NCBI GenBank assembly: GCA_025603075.1
Contig: MU626286.1
Location: 94,239 to 158,238 of the forward strand
Reading direction: 5' to 3'
Length of the DNA stretch: 64,000 bases
From: Neoconidiobolus thromboides FSU 785
Lineage: Eukaryota > Fungi > Entomophthoromycota
The notes under the pieces are model-generated. The model saw nothing but the letters and a program-made list of their open reading frames with translations, was not told where the DNA came from and did no database searches. Shown here piece by piece: positions 63,242 through 64,000 of the stretch (its first letter is position 1; every line of letters begins with the position of its first letter). A program made the translations under genes and the position numbers.

Positions 63242-64000
63242 TGTAAGATTAATTGAATTACAAACATTCAAAAAATGAAAAAAGTTTGTAATTTATTTAT
63301 AAATCTTATTTTTTGAGATGTTCTTACAAAAATACTTAGTATGTTGTTGGATTTTTATAGTCTTTGTATCAAAAGTTAGTAAATAAAATTGATAACGTAA
63401 TTGTCATACCCATATTACATTCTAAAAACAAAGGTGACTTTAACGTAGCTAGAGTCATTTACTTTTTACAACAGACAACATGATAATATCCAAACCTATT
63501 TTGTTTCTCATGACTAATATTTTAATTGAGTTCAATAACTTACGTCTATTCTATATATATCAAGTTTTTAGTTCTTTGTAAAGACTTCTCCTAACTATCT
63601 ATAGTCTTAGTCTATTTGACCAGATTTTATTGTATTGCAGTTAGCTCCCAATCCTGCACAATAGACTATATTAACCCCATATTTTTCACAATTTAATGCA
63701 TAGCATTCTCATACAAGATTGATATAGTCTTCCCTTCACTTTTTACTCATATAATGTGTAATAATCATAAACACACTTCCTACTATTTCAGAAGCTATCC
63801 ATTGATAGACAGCATCTCTTATATCAGCTATTTAAGCATCACAATTTTTATTCTAAATAAAATACTTAGGGTTAATGACTTTTAGGAAAAAGAAAAGAAT
63901 ATGACCGAATGTTATACTTTATTTTATAGATGTATATTGAATAAGTTGTAAGAAATTAACAGCTTAGAAATGCAGCTTAATATTTGTAAAAAAGGATTCA

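Overview
This is a very AT-rich eukaryotic window with small GT-AG introns, most likely from an early-diverging fungus. The gene content (Rhizopus-type class-3 lipase, OPT transporter, expanded intronless F-box/LRR-like family) suggests Entomophthorales/Conidiobolus-like, but that is inference. The layout is two-speed. A compact, repeat-free block of 11 genes (17.2-32.9 kb) holds a cytochrome b5 reductase, mitochondrial AsnRS, UBC7, PAC3, CFIm25, a SIRT4-like sirtuin, TRM61, an acyl-CoA thioesterase, SRP40/Nopp140, a PHOSPHO-type phosphatase and a secreted protein. The flanking accessory regions carry a DHA2 MFS transporter, two decayed eEF1B-gamma-type GST paralogs, three Asn/His-rich hydrophilin-like genes, tRNA-Ser(AGA), a lipase, an OPT, an ERG27-like SDR, RPL36 and two orphan ORFs. 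They also carry seven F-box/LRR-like loci, only one intact, and 18 copies of a ~105-bp TA-flanked MITE-like element. Main candidates for novelty: (1) the hydrophilin cluster, whose three promoters share a CRE-like site exactly 25 nt from a TATA box and whose proteins end in dehydrin-K-segment-like or CsbD-like helices; (2) the MITE family, which clusters around the tRNA and has inserted into an F-box/LRR gene as a fold-back dimer. All alignments and counts were done by eye, and exon boundaries and pseudogene ends are approximate.
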